From: Saccharolobus islandicus REY15A
GTDB taxonomy: Archaea > Thermoproteota > Thermoprotei_A > Sulfolobales > Sulfolobaceae
NCBI RefSeq assembly: GCF_000189555.1
Contig: NC_017276.1
Direction: 5' to 3' (one strand)
DNA: 64,000 nucleotides
Positions 52,846 through 63,049 of this stretch are shown here, piece by piece (within the stretch, counting starts at the first letter, position 1; each line of letters opens with the position of its first letter). The notes below the pieces were generated by a model that worked only from the letters and a program-made list of their open reading frames with translations, was not told the DNA's origin and did no database searches. The position numbers were made by a program, and so were the translations under genes.

Positions 52846-53322
52846 ATGGATAAGGGAGAAATACTCTCAAGGTTAAAGTCCTCAGAGAGATTACCTTATG
52901 AATTTTTAGAAGAATGTTTATCTAGTCAGGATAGAGATATAAAACATGAAGCGTGGAATTACGTTTTGAGAAGTATAAGACTTATGGATAGAGAATTCAT
53001 TTATTCATTGCTTTCCTTTAAAGATACTGGGACTAGGTATAGGGCATGGAATGAAGTAGCTAATTTCGTAAAAGAGGGCATTTTAAGCTTAGACGAGGTA
53101 ATAAAGTTTAAGGAGTACTTTAAGGAGATGCTAAAGGATAGTAACTTAACAGTTAGGTCTTTAGTATGGTATGTAACGTTAAAACCCTTAATAGAGATGG
53201 GAGTTATTGAAAAGGATGAGATTTATAAATACTCTAAGTACTTATGTGAACTCCTATCATCACAGTTCTCAGAAGTTGCAAATGAAGTTAAGCAAGAGTT
53301 TGAGATAAATTGTGATATTTAA
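52846..53322 (+). CDS. Hypothetical HEAT-repeat-like protein
   Basis: Three related helical repeats (IKHEAW, TRYRAW, VRSLVW). Confidence 0.7.
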   Translation: MDKGEILSRLKSSERLPYEFLEECLSSQDRDIKHEAWNYVLRSIRLMDREFIYSLLSFKDTGTRYRAWNEVANFVKEGILSLDEVIKFKEYFKEMLKDSNLTVRSLVWYVTLKPLIEMGVIEKDEIYKYSKYLCELLSSQFSEVANEVKQEFEINCDI

Positions 53323-53527
53323 GTTTTTATCTAATTTTCTCCTTTAACACTATATTTTGACATAATAGCAATATGAATGATAATTTTATGTTTTTTATCT
53401 AATATCTCATAAACGTCTAGTAATTACTTCACAAAATCTATTATATTTAAATAATTTTATTTAATAAAGATGAATTATGTGTTTAATTGATTATTAACCA
53501 TGCTTTCAATCTTAATTTGCTACGATA

Positions 53528-54793
53528 TAGTCTTTTTCATAATATCTGCAACGGGGGGCTAAAAGGGAGTTAAATCTAGTGTTAGTAATGGGGAGCTGTT
53601 GGGCTGAGCGTGCTTAGGACCTTAATTCGCTTTGAACCCAACAGCCCCCCAAGATATATTAGACAAAATGCACTATTAAAACTAAATGAGCGTGTTGAGG
53701 ACCTTAAAAAGGGAGATAAGGAAGCTAATCAGCAAGAAGCCCAAGGGTTTAAACGAGACAAAAGCTAGGGCAATACTACTACACTTGGAGGGAATGAAAA
53801 TTAACGAAATAGCAAAAATACTACAAGTACACCCAAGCACGGTTTATAGATGGGTAAAAGAATTCGAAAAGGAAGGAGAGAAATGCCTATTCTACAAGTA
53901 GAGAAAAGGAAGGAACAAGAAAATAAACGAGAGGGAAATAAAGGTAGAAGAACTACAAGGAAAAACCATATGGGAAGCAAAGGCCTACATAGAAGAAAAG
54001 TTTAACGTGAAGATAAGCTACGTAACAGCTTGGAGAATAGCGAGAAAGAGGTTGAAAATTCCCTACATAAAACCATACAAGATCGACAAGAAGAGGCCAA
54101 TAGATGCCGACAATATACTTAGGGAGAGGTTGAGGGGTGTTATTAAGAAGGGTGTAAAAGTGTTTTTCATGGATGAGTGTGGTATTCGTCATGATCCCTC
54201 TAGGGTTAGGAGGTTGGGTTTATATATTGTTAAGGCTGATTATCCAAGTGTTAATGTTCTAGCTTGTATTCCCTTGTTTGATGGTAAGCCTTGTTTTATG
54301 CTCACTTATTCCAATGTTGATTCTAGGGTTTTCGCTAATTTTCTTTACTTGCTTAGGGTTGGGAATTCTGGCAACATCGTGTTGATCCTTGATAATGCTA
54401 AGTTTCACAAGAATGCTTACGTTTTCTCTGTTGCTTCTCGGCTCAGTATCACCTTGCTTTTCTTGCCTCCCTATTCTCCGGATTTAAATCTCATTGAGTT
54501 GGTTTGGAAGGACTTGAAGCGTTGGGCTAATACTTATTATCACTCGTGTTATGCTCTAGAGTTTATTGAGGATGAGTTCTATTATTTGGTTTCTAAGGGT
54601 AATTATACTGGTTATTGGATTAAGAAGTTTCATGACGTGCTTGAGGAAGGTATAAGTATGGGAAAATTTTTCTCATATTTGATTTATTATCTGTTAACAA
54701 GTTTTATCTCACAATAGTGCAAGCTTTTCTCAATGTTTTTCTATATTTTTGCATGGAGCTATAAGTCCGTTGCAGTTATTATGAAAAAGACTA
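53528..54793 (+). mobile_element. IS630-family element copy 2 (full 5' region; nonsense at 53899)
   Basis: Same TIRs and TA flanks; FMDE, LDNAKFH, PPYSPDL; CAG changed to TAG relative to copy 1. Confidence 0.93.
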
Positions 54794-54808
54794 TAAGAAA
54801 ATTGATCC

Positions 54809-55969
54809 TTAACTGCTATATTTCTCTCTTTTCTCGTTGAATAGCTTTAAGTAAAGTACTCCGCTTAGGGCTTGAAGGATCCCTCCTATCTCTAATGGCA
54901 AAGGTACACTTAGATCCATTAAATACCCTCCTAACCCAGAGCTCATGTTAGCTATTCTCGACGCTAAGGACTGAAGGCTTGAAGCAGTACCGTAATCTTC
55001 TGAAGATATCCCCCTAACGTTTATCGCTGTCCTATTGGGCGCGCCAAATCCCATACTAAGTCCCCTTAAAGCGAATATGAACGCTGAAAGAGTGAACCAT
55101 GGAGAGAATGCTATAAGGGTTATGGTAAGCCCATTTATTATTCTAGTAAAAGAAGCGAAATTAAGTATGTTTCCCCTAATTTTCGTAGCTAAATATGAGC
55201 CTAAGGATGATAAGGCGAAGTTGAGCGTAAACACTTCTCCTATTTCCGTATTTTTAGCGTGGTAATATAAGGAGAAAAATAGGGATAAGAAGGGAACGCT
55301 CATACCTACACCTAACGAGCCTATGGAGTTTGCAGTAATTACTTTAATTAAGTATTTTAGACTACTTTTCCTCATTATTTTCGAACCCTTAGGAGGTCTT
55401 CTCTCTTCCCTTATTGGAACTATTAAGAGAAGAGAAGTAAGAAGCATTAAGAATGAGAGGAAGAAGAGGAACTTGTAGTTACCTATTTTCCCAAAGGGTA
55501 AGTAGTTAGTTAAGGAAAGCATTAAGCTTCCTCCCATCGATGATATGGATGAAACTGAGGCTAAAGCTCCCATTTTCTTAACTCTCTCAGTTTCGTCTCT
55601 CCAGTTAGATACTACTAGTGCTGTTAAACCGGGAGAGAATAGACCTCTTAATCCAGAAACTCCTCCGGTTATTCCGGCAAATATTATTCCTAGAGCCGTT
55701 ATCAAGGAAGAGGGTGATATTAAGAGAAGTAAAACCCCTAACGTTGAGAGTCCTTCGGCTATTATTAATGACTTCTTATATCCTTTTCTATCCCCCAACA
55801 TTCCTAAGGATACTGACATTATTGCAGTATAAGCGAAAGTACCAGAAAAGGTCAAACCTATTAATAAGGGTGAGAATCCTATTTCCTTTAGGTAAAGCGG
55901 TGAAGCTATAGAGATGAACACTAATCCCATGCTCCTTAAAGCTCTGGAGAGTAGCAATTTTCTGAACAT
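54809..55969 (-). CDS. MFS transporter
   Basis: GMLGDRKGYKK motif A; 12 TM. Confidence 0.9.
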   Translation of the reverse strand: MFRKLLLSRALRSMGLVFISIASPLYLKEIGFSPLLIGLTFSGTFAYTAIMSVSLGMLGDRKGYKKSLIIAEGLSTLGVLLLLISPSSLITALGIIFAGITGGVSGLRGLFSPGLTALVVSNWRDETERVKKMGALASVSSISSMGGSLMLSLTNYLPFGKIGNYKFLFFLSFLMLLTSLLLIVPIREERRPPKGSKIMRKSSLKYLIKVITANSIGSLGVGMSVPFLSLFFSLYYHAKNTEIGEVFTLNFALSSLGSYLATKIRGNILNFASFTRIINGLTITLIAFSPWFTLSAFIFALRGLSMGFGAPNRTAINVRGISSEDYGTASSLQSLASRIANMSSGLGGYLMDLSVPLPLEIGGILQALSGVLYLKLFNEKREKYSS

Positions 55970-56209
55970 TAGGTTATGTATTAGTAAATAGGGGGATTAA
56001 GTTTTTCCCCGATTCTAGTGCTTTTCGCTAAATGTTTTCGAAAAAGTCTCTTTTCCATTTCAAATTTATTAGAAAAATTTAACTCAAGGTTTTACTAACT
56101 TTAAGGATAAGTTTTAATACTATATTAGTTAACTCTAAGTGTATTAAATAGTGATAATCGTATAAAGTATTAAAGATATTTTTAATTTATTTAATAATTA
56201 AATATAACT

Positions 56210-56694
56210 TCACGTAACTATATGGGAAAGCCTACTCTTTATAAATTCGATTACTAACATAATGTCCTTCTTTACAAACTCCTCCTTACTATATCTAGAA
56301 ATTTCCACATCCTTATCAAAACCGTTATATTGAAACTCATGAAGGTCTAATGCTATTTCAGTGATAAATCTAAGTTCCTTATCACCTATAATTGCGACTA
56401 TTTCCCTTAACTTATTGTTTGACATTATAGCTATTATCCAATCAGCTTTTTCCACTACTTTAATAGGAGAAATTTTCTTTCTTCCAGGGTATACTTTAAT
56501 AATAAATCCCTGTAGTCTACTGAAATACCTGCAACATAGGCCTTTACAGCTTGATATACTTTACCTGCGGAATTCCTTATAAGACCGTCATTTAGAAATC
56601 GCTCAGCCAAGTCAGCTTCATATAATGCCTCCCTAAATCTATCAGCTTGATATTTCTTTGCGTCAATCCAAGGTTTTACTAGTCCTTCCGTCAT
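56210..56694 (-). pseudogene. PaREP1-family protein, frameshifted
   Basis: ADLAERFL...GLIRNSAGKVYQA and ALDLHEFQYNG in two frames. Confidence 0.85.
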
Positions 56695-56771
56695 ATGTAA
56701 AGATTAAGAAAATTAAAATTTAAACTTACAACAATTATCCTAGTTATTCTTCTGTTTCATGTCCTAGGCGT

Positions 56772-56851
56772 GGGGAGCCGGACAAGGGGAATGAGGACGA
56801 GAGGTTGAATACAAATTCATGAAACCTCAATGAAAGTCCGACCCCTAAACA
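56772..56851 (+). ncRNA. Candidate structured RNA with K-loop-like motif
   Basis: GGGG/CCCC and CGGAC/GTCCG lower stem; GAGGTTGA/GAAACCTC upper stem with tandem GA; GC-rich island. Confidence 0.45.
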
Positions 56852-56859
56852 ATAACACA

Positions 56860-57110
56860 ACGGTGAGAATATTGCCTTCTTTATACTTCTCTGTGACGAA
56901 AAGAGAGATTCCGCTATACAATAGAGAAAGTGAGTAATAGATAGTATAGTTGAGGAGGAATGAAGAGGTTTGGTAAAAGAAGATTAGGAAAACCGGCAAA
57001 ATTCCGTTTATAAAATTACCGAACATTGTGTCAATAAAAGAGAATAACACAATCCCTCTCCTTTTGGATAACGGAGAAGGTTAGGGAGAAAACTAACTTA
57101 GCATTTCCAG
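56860..57110 (-). pseudogene. Decayed C-terminal fragment of a probable MFS transporter
   Basis: KRRGIVLFSFIDTMFGNFINGILPV...SGISLFVTEKYKEG with upstream stops. Confidence 0.4.
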
Positions 57111-57266
57111 TCCCTTTAGGATATTTTATGAAAAAGATTATATTGGTTAACATCCAAACTTTTACAAAAACTAGAAAAAATCTGGACAGAAACTAGCTCA
57201 ATAAGTATGAGAGGAAAGTCTTTGTTATGAGAAAATTTTATTTTTTCATTTTGCCACTTATCTATA

Positions 57267-58004
57267 ATGAAGATTAGGATTGGTATTATAAGTTTAAAAG
57301 GAGGTGTAGGGAAGACAACAATAGCATTGAATACTGCATTATATCTTTCCAAGAGATATAAGGTGTTATATATTGATAAGGATCTACTTTCCATGGGGTC
57401 TTTAATTTTAGGATTTAATGGTCTTGGTTTCCATAAAGCAATAGTAGAAGGTTTAGGCAACGAGCAATATGAGTATAAGGTTAATAACAACTTAACGTTA
57501 TTTAAGTTATATAGTGAACCTGTAAATGAGAAAGAGTTACATGATAAGATGAAAGACATTGGTGAAAAAGCTAAAAAAGCTTACGTTGATGTTATATCGA
57601 AGGGCTATGATGTAATCATAGTAGATTACGGTAGAATTTTCAGAATTAATGATCCATTAGTGTATGACGAATACGAAATGTTTAAGAAAAATTTCCCTGA
57701 CTATCTCATAGCTACAGTAGGAATTACTGACGCTATTAGGAATGATATTACAAATGTCGTAAAATATTTTTTAGATACAATAAATGGGACTAAAGCAAAA
57801 CCCCTCGCTTTCGTAATTAACATGGTACCTCCGATAAGTGATATTCAGAAAGAAATTGGCCAAATGGCTAGAGAAATTAGTGAGGTTGTAAAATGTGATA
57901 CACTTATCATTCCCTTTAACGAGAAGTTGGTACAATATAGCAATATAGGAGAAGTGGAAGAAATGCAGAAGTTGGGAAAATTAATAGAGAGAATTTTATC
58001 TTAA
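57267..58004 (+). CDS. ParA/MinD-family ATPase
   Basis: Deviant Walker A SLKGGVGKTT; IDKD; IIVD; INMV. Confidence 0.88.
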   Translation: MKIRIGIISLKGGVGKTTIALNTALYLSKRYKVLYIDKDLLSMGSLILGFNGLGFHKAIVEGLGNEQYEYKVNNNLTLFKLYSEPVNEKELHDKMKDIGEKAKKAYVDVISKGYDVIIVDYGRIFRINDPLVYDEYEMFKKNFPDYLIATVGITDAIRNDITNVVKYFLDTINGTKAKPLAFVINMVPPISDIQKEIGQMAREISEVVKCDTLIIPFNEKLVQYSNIGEVEEMQKLGKLIERILS

Positions 58005-59310
58005 CAAGGGGTTCAAAGGGGGCGAAAGACCCCTTCCGTGAGGGAGGGGATGGATAGCCCCCTTATATTTAAATAATTCTTTTTCAAATATTCTATTAAT
58101 GTCTGACGTAGGGTTACGCTTTAGAGCTTACGCTGACGAACAAACATTGAGGGCGTTAAAAGCCCAATTGAGGTTAGCGTGTGAAGTGTACAACACCCTA
58201 CGTTGGGCAGACATCTATTTTCATGAGAGAGACGGAAAAGGACTCACTAAGACGGAGTTGAGACAACTAGCTCTCGATCTAAGAAAACAGGATAAACAAT
58301 ATCGACATCTATATTCCCAAACACTACAACAGATCGCAGACAGATTCTACGACGCTAGACAGAGGTTCTTCGAAGGGTTAGCACACTTCCCCAAGGAAAA
58401 GAAAGCACACAAGTGGTACTCACTAGTCTACCCTCAGTCAGGTTGGAAAGTCATGAAGGTGAGAGAAATAAGGACGAAAAGCAAGAAGAAGGTAATGACG
58501 CTTCAGCTTTCAAACCTAGGTATCTTCAACGTCGTTGTTCATAGGGATTTCCAACTGGAAAAAGTGGAGAGGGTAGTAGTCAAGCTGGCACCTTCAGGCA
58601 GATTGTACATCACTTTCGTTGTGGATCAAGAGTATCCTCAACTCCCCAAGACAAACAAAGTTGTTGCTGTGGACGTTGGTGTAGAGAAACTTCTCACTAC
58701 CTCTGATGGGGAATACGTGCCAAACATGAGGCCTTACGAGAAGGCACTCAACAAGATGAAGAGGCTTCATAAAGCTCTTTCAAGGAAGAAGTTCTTGTCA
58801 CACAACTGGTTTAAGGCGAAGATTAAGCTTGCAAGGGCTTATGAGCACTTGAAGAACTTGAGGATGGATATGTACATGAAACTGGGGAAGTATTTTGCTG
58901 AGCATTATGATGTTCTCGTAATGGAGGATATTCATGTTAAGCAAATTGTTGGTAAGTCTCTCAGAAGGCTGAGGATGAGGTTGCACGATGTTGCTTTTCA
59001 TGAGTTTAGGAGTATTATGGAGTATCAAGTTGGGAAGTATGGTAAGGAGATTCGTTTTGTTAATCCTGCTTTTACTTCAATGATTTGTGCTAGGTGCGGT
59101 TACGTTAAGAAGGACTTGGCTTTGGCTGATCGTGTGTTTGTCTGTCCTTCCTGCGGTTGGACTGTAGATCGTGATTATAATGCTTCTCTTAATATTCTGA
59201 GTAGATCGGGGTCGGAACGACCCTTAGTGCCTGTGGAGCTGAGACCTCTACCTTTGGCAAGCCTCGGCTGTGAAGCAGGAAGCTACGTCCGTTAGGGCGT
59301 GGTAGTTCAC
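58005..59310 (+). mobile_element. tnpB-only IS200/IS605 element, about 1306 bp (ISC1316-like)
   Basis: Left-end hairpins after CTTAA; right end ...GTTAGGGCGTGGTAGTTCAC; no tnpA. Confidence 0.9.
58099..59295 (+). CDS. tnpB: RNA-guided endonuclease TnpB
   Basis: AVDVG; MEDI; CARC...CPSC; DRDYNASLN; all intact. Confidence 0.95.
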   Translation: MSDVGLRFRAYADEQTLRALKAQLRLACEVYNTLRWADIYFHERDGKGLTKTELRQLALDLRKQDKQYRHLYSQTLQQIADRFYDARQRFFEGLAHFPKEKKAHKWYSLVYPQSGWKVMKVREIRTKSKKKVMTLQLSNLGIFNVVVHRDFQLEKVERVVVKLAPSGRLYITFVVDQEYPQLPKTNKVVAVDVGVEKLLTTSDGEYVPNMRPYEKALNKMKRLHKALSRKKFLSHNWFKAKIKLARAYEHLKNLRMDMYMKLGKYFAEHYDVLVMEDIHVKQIVGKSLRRLRMRLHDVAFHEFRSIMEYQVGKYGKEIRFVNPAFTSMICARCGYVKKDLALADRVFVCPSCGWTVDRDYNASLNILSRSGSERPLVPVELRPLPLASLGCEAGSYVR

Positions 59311-59342
59311 ATTAGAGATAGCATTCATACTCATTAATAAAA

Positions 59343-59618
59343 ATGTTGTCGACACTCGATAACCAATTAAAAGAGCTATGTTACGTTAAAGGTAAGGACT
59401 TCGAAATAGATTTTTATGATGAGGTTAACTCACGTCTGCTGCAAGTGACTTACACTTCAGATAAGATCGAAGAGAAAGAGATAAGATCTCTTCTAAAGGC
59501 TGAGGAAATGTTAAGAGCTAAGGAGTTAATAATGATCACTTACGATATTGAGGGGTAAGAGGAAAGGGAGGGTAAGAAGATAAAACTCATCCCCTTATAC
59601 AAGTTTTTATTGACCTGA
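59343..59618 (+). pseudogene. C-terminal fragment of an AAA_14/DUF4143 ATPase
   Basis: FEIDF...LLQVTY...KIKLIPLYKFLL; in-frame TAA at 59556. Confidence 0.8.
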
Positions 59619-59712
59619 TTTAGGTAGTCTTCTTTCTTTATTATCATGTTATTACTCTTCATCGACTCTATAGCTGTAAATTACCATGTATTAAAAAACA
59701 CTGAAGTATTAA

Positions 59713-60591
59713 TTAAGACAAATCATCATATACCTTTATGAGTGTATGTGTTCCCTTTTCTCCTAATCCTTTAGCTACTAGGGCATTATAAAGTTGTAGT
59801 GTTAGTGCTGTACCAGGTAAAGGTACATTTAACTTATTTGCCGTTTCCAATACGTACTTTAGGTCTTTCTTTAAGTGTGCAGCTCTAAATCCTGGTTCGT
59901 AATCTCCTTTCATCATTTTCGGCATATAGTATTGCACAGTAAAGGAGTTGGCAGCACCCGTGGATAGTACTGTGAATAGTTTTTCCATGTCTATTCCCGC
60001 CTTTTTAGCTAATGCTATTGCCTCTGCTACCGCTAACATGTTTATTCCAACAACTGTCTGATTTAATAGCTTGAGCATTTGCCCATTGCCTACTCCTCCT
60101 GCATGAACTATTGTCTTTCCCATGGCCTCAAATATGGGTTTAACCCTTTGAAAAATCTCATACTTTCCCCCAACCATTATCGTTAAGGTGCCTTCTCTTG
60201 CGCCTTTATCACCTCCAGTAACTGGGGCATCTAAGAACTCAATACCGTACTTGGCTAATCTCTCCGCGAAGTTTCTTGCGTATTCTGGTGAATTTGTACT
60301 CATATCAATAACGATTAAGCCTTGATATGCTCCTTGAATCACACCATTAGGTCCAAAGAGTACTTCCTCAACGTCCGGTGCATCGGTAACCATATCTATT
60401 ACTACATCTGATTTCTCAGCTACTTCCTTTGGCGTATTTGCGATTGGTATGTCAAGTTTTGCGAAGGGTTCGGTCTTACTTTTCGTTCTGTTATAGACTA
60501 TTAATGGGAATCCAGCTTTGTGTATCCTCATTGCCATGGACCCTCCCATTATGCCTAGCCCTATAAAACCAACTCTCATACTTGACTCCAC
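59713..60591 (-). CDS. NAD(P)-dependent beta-hydroxyacid dehydrogenase (3-HIBADH/GarR family)
   Basis: GFIGLGIMG; LDAPVTGG; KLLNQ. Confidence 0.93.
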   Translation of the reverse strand: MESSMRVGFIGLGIMGGSMAMRIHKAGFPLIVYNRTKSKTEPFAKLDIPIANTPKEVAEKSDVVIDMVTDAPDVEEVLFGPNGVIQGAYQGLIVIDMSTNSPEYARNFAERLAKYGIEFLDAPVTGGDKGAREGTLTIMVGGKYEIFQRVKPIFEAMGKTIVHAGGVGNGQMLKLLNQTVVGINMLAVAEAIALAKKAGIDMEKLFTVLSTGAANSFTVQYYMPKMMKGDYEPGFRAAHLKKDLKYVLETANKLNVPLPGTALTLQLYNALVAKGLGEKGTHTLIKVYDDLS

Positions 60592-60664
60592 CGCTTAATA
60601 ATATTGGTAATAATCTCTAAAGCTTTGTGGTTGAGAAAGGTCTCTATTTATGTATTGTATTTAA

Positions 60665-61925
60665 CTTTACGGGGGTTAAGGGGGCGAAAGACCCCTTCCG
60701 TGACGGTAGACCCAAAATCACCTCCTTAAAAATAAATCTATAGTATAAATAAGTGTTTAAATTATATTAAATGTAAAATTCTCTGGATTGAATAAATCAG
60801 GAAATAAAAGAATTAATAATAATCTAAACTCCTCTCTCCCCACCTCCCCCTTGAATATGGTATATAAGGAGTAGAGTACAAGGGCCAGCACGAAGATCAA
60901 CGTGCGGAAAACAAACTTAGTAGAACTAGTAAATGGAAGAAAAGCCTTAATGTTCCTATAAGAGGTCTCTATGGGACCTCTTACCTTATTGTACAAATCC
61001 AACACTTCCCTCTTGGATAGGTCTAGGTTAGTAGCCCTAGCGAAGTAAACAAGACTCTTCTTCTTTCTCCCCACTTTTTCCTTGCTGTACACGAGAAGCC
61101 TGAACTTGACCTGCTCATCCCTCCTATGCCTCTTACTATTAGTTGTGTAATCCCCGTCAAACTCCTCGTACACCTTAATATCCCCAACCGGAACAGCAAT
61201 TATGTACTTAAACTGTGAAATGAAGTTGAGCACGTCAACAGTATAGAAACCAGCGTCAAGAGTTATCAACCTTATCTTGAATCCCATTACTTGCTCCACA
61301 AGAACCTTCACTATCTCGTCCTTAGTCATACCGTTCACTTGCGGCAAGTAAAAGCACTTTCCCCTTATACTTGGTTGTTGCAGTTGCGTAGTTCCACGAG
61401 TTTCCTTTTTCAGAGCTCCCGAGCCCTTTCACTGGTTTCCCGTACCATGTCTTGGTTGTCCAGTCTATTGAGAGATCTATCTCATTCACTCCCTTTAATA
61501 TCTCCAAGGATATTTTCCTAGCTCTTTCCAATAGCTTTTCAGTCACTTCCATCCCTTGTTTCTCTACGTAATTCCTCACGGTCTGTGGGGATACGTCATA
61601 CGCTCTGGACTTGTTCTCTACTGAATCGTTCCACAAACACGTGGAGATGAGAGTTTTCGCTACCTCCTCTACCTTTTCCCCTTGGAAGTTCAACATGGAA
61701 AGTAATTTATATCCTATTTGTTGAATTTTGGTGAGGGAGACCTGGTGTTACCATCTTGGTTATTCACATGGTAATATGCCATCTCCCTCACCTTAAACCC
61801 TTTCTTCAATTGAATTCTTTATACTCTTATAAATTTCTTTATCTTTTATAAATTCGATATTATCCTACCAGAAATATTTTTTCTAATATGATTTTGGGTC
61901 TACCGGTAAGGGCGAGGTTGTTCAC
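60665..61925 (+). mobile_element. IS200/IS605 shell (left and right ends only) enclosing an ISH3 element
   Basis: TTTAA plus left-end hairpin 60665-60703; right-end remnant GTAAGGGCGAGGTTGTTCAC 61906-61925. Confidence 0.85.
60704..61905 (-). mobile_element. ISH3-family element, 1202 bp (ISC1200-like), transposase frameshifted
   Basis: Perfect 17-bp TIR CGGTAGACCCAAAATCA; fragments with SIDWT, TLDAGFY, IETSYR. Confidence 0.88.
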
Positions 61926-62210
61926 TAGATGTTGTATTGCTTTGTTTAATGCTTCAACTTCCTTAGACGTTAGACTCATCGATTTTCCTTAAATTCGAAG
62001 AGAAGCGTTAAATTAAAAGTAAGTTTCACGTAGTTTCGATAAAATTGAAATAATTTATAAGGTAGAACCTAAATAGATAAGCCCTCCCCTCAATCACCAC
62101 GTGGGTTGAAAGTGCCTACGTGGCAATGTTAGCTGAGACTGTGTTTCAAGTTTGATCGAAAGATTTATTACTTAGCTCCACAATCTGCTTTCAATTAAAT
62201 ACAAATATTG

Positions 62211-62858
62211 TTATATAAATGTCAAAGCAATCCTACCCAAAATAGTTTTTCTACACGTTTTAGGCCTAGTCTTTGTACACTCCAAAAATCCCTCCTCTTC
62301 CATTTCACTAACTTGTTTTGAAATAGTTGATAAAGTTTTTTGAAGCCTATCAGCCATTATGCTAATCTCAATGGAGTTCTCGAACTTAAACAGTTTCAAG
62401 ATCTCAGCCTCACTATCAGTTAGCCTTCTAGGAATTTCCACTGGCAATTCGTACTTTTTGGACATATCCTCTGTATAATTGAAAACCCTAACGTTTAGCC
62501 CAAACCTTTTAGCTAGCATTGCGTAATAGTACAAGACGAAGTTAATTATCCTCATCCCACCAATCAAGTAAAACTCCAAGTTATTTTTACCAGATAATTC
62601 ATTGGCAACTTCATGGAGGACTTCTGCGAAGTCCTTGTTAACGTCAACGTACTTCCACTTATACTTCACGTTTATAATATCTAAAAACTTCTTCACGTCA
62701 TTTAATGCATTATCTGCTTGCTTCCTCCTAAAATCGTCAATGTTAAACACTCCAATGAGAACTACCTCATCAATGTTATCCCTTCCCCTTTCCGTTATAC
62801 TTCTAACTATGTACTCTGAGGTAAAGCCTAATCCAAATACTAGTGTATTCCCTTCCAC
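62211..62858 (-). CDS. csa3: Csa3-family CARF-HTH transcriptional regulator
   Basis: LGFTSEYIVR; LIGGMRI; C-terminal wHTH KTLSTISKQV. Confidence 0.88.
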   Translation of the reverse strand: MEGNTLVFGLGFTSEYIVRSITERGRDNIDEVVLIGVFNIDDFRRKQADNALNDVKKFLDIINVKYKWKYVDVNKDFAEVLHEVANELSGKNNLEFYLIGGMRIINFVLYYYAMLAKRFGLNVRVFNYTEDMSKKYELPVEIPRRLTDSEAEILKLFKFENSIEISIMADRLQKTLSTISKQVSEMEEEGFLECTKTRPKTCRKTILGRIALTFI

Positions 62859-63049
62859 AGATATATTATTTTATAATAAGTTATAAGTTTGACGAAATGT
62901 GAAAAATTAAGGCGTAGTATTTGCGCCATAAGTTCTCTCTTTTGATTGTATAAAGTCGTTACTGTTGTTATAGTCTGTAACACTTTTACGTAACTACTCG
63001 TTATTTTTAATCATTTCTAATCCCCTTAATGTTATTAAGTAAGCCGATG

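Noticed and set aside
56830-57120. Plus-strand frame MKVRPLNNN... as a decayed TnpB
   Set aside because: Many stops and no diagnostic motif; the minus strand reads better as a transporter fragment.
57116-57559. 147-aa minus-strand ORF and other short antisense ORFs within long genes
   Set aside because: Shadows of well-supported genes on the opposite strand.
62090-62210. Possible degenerate CRISPR mini-array (AATTGAAAG, CTTGAAAC, GTTGAAAG)
   Set aside because: Motifs are on mixed strands, spacing is about 45 nt rather than about 60-65, and no full 24-25-nt repeat recurs.
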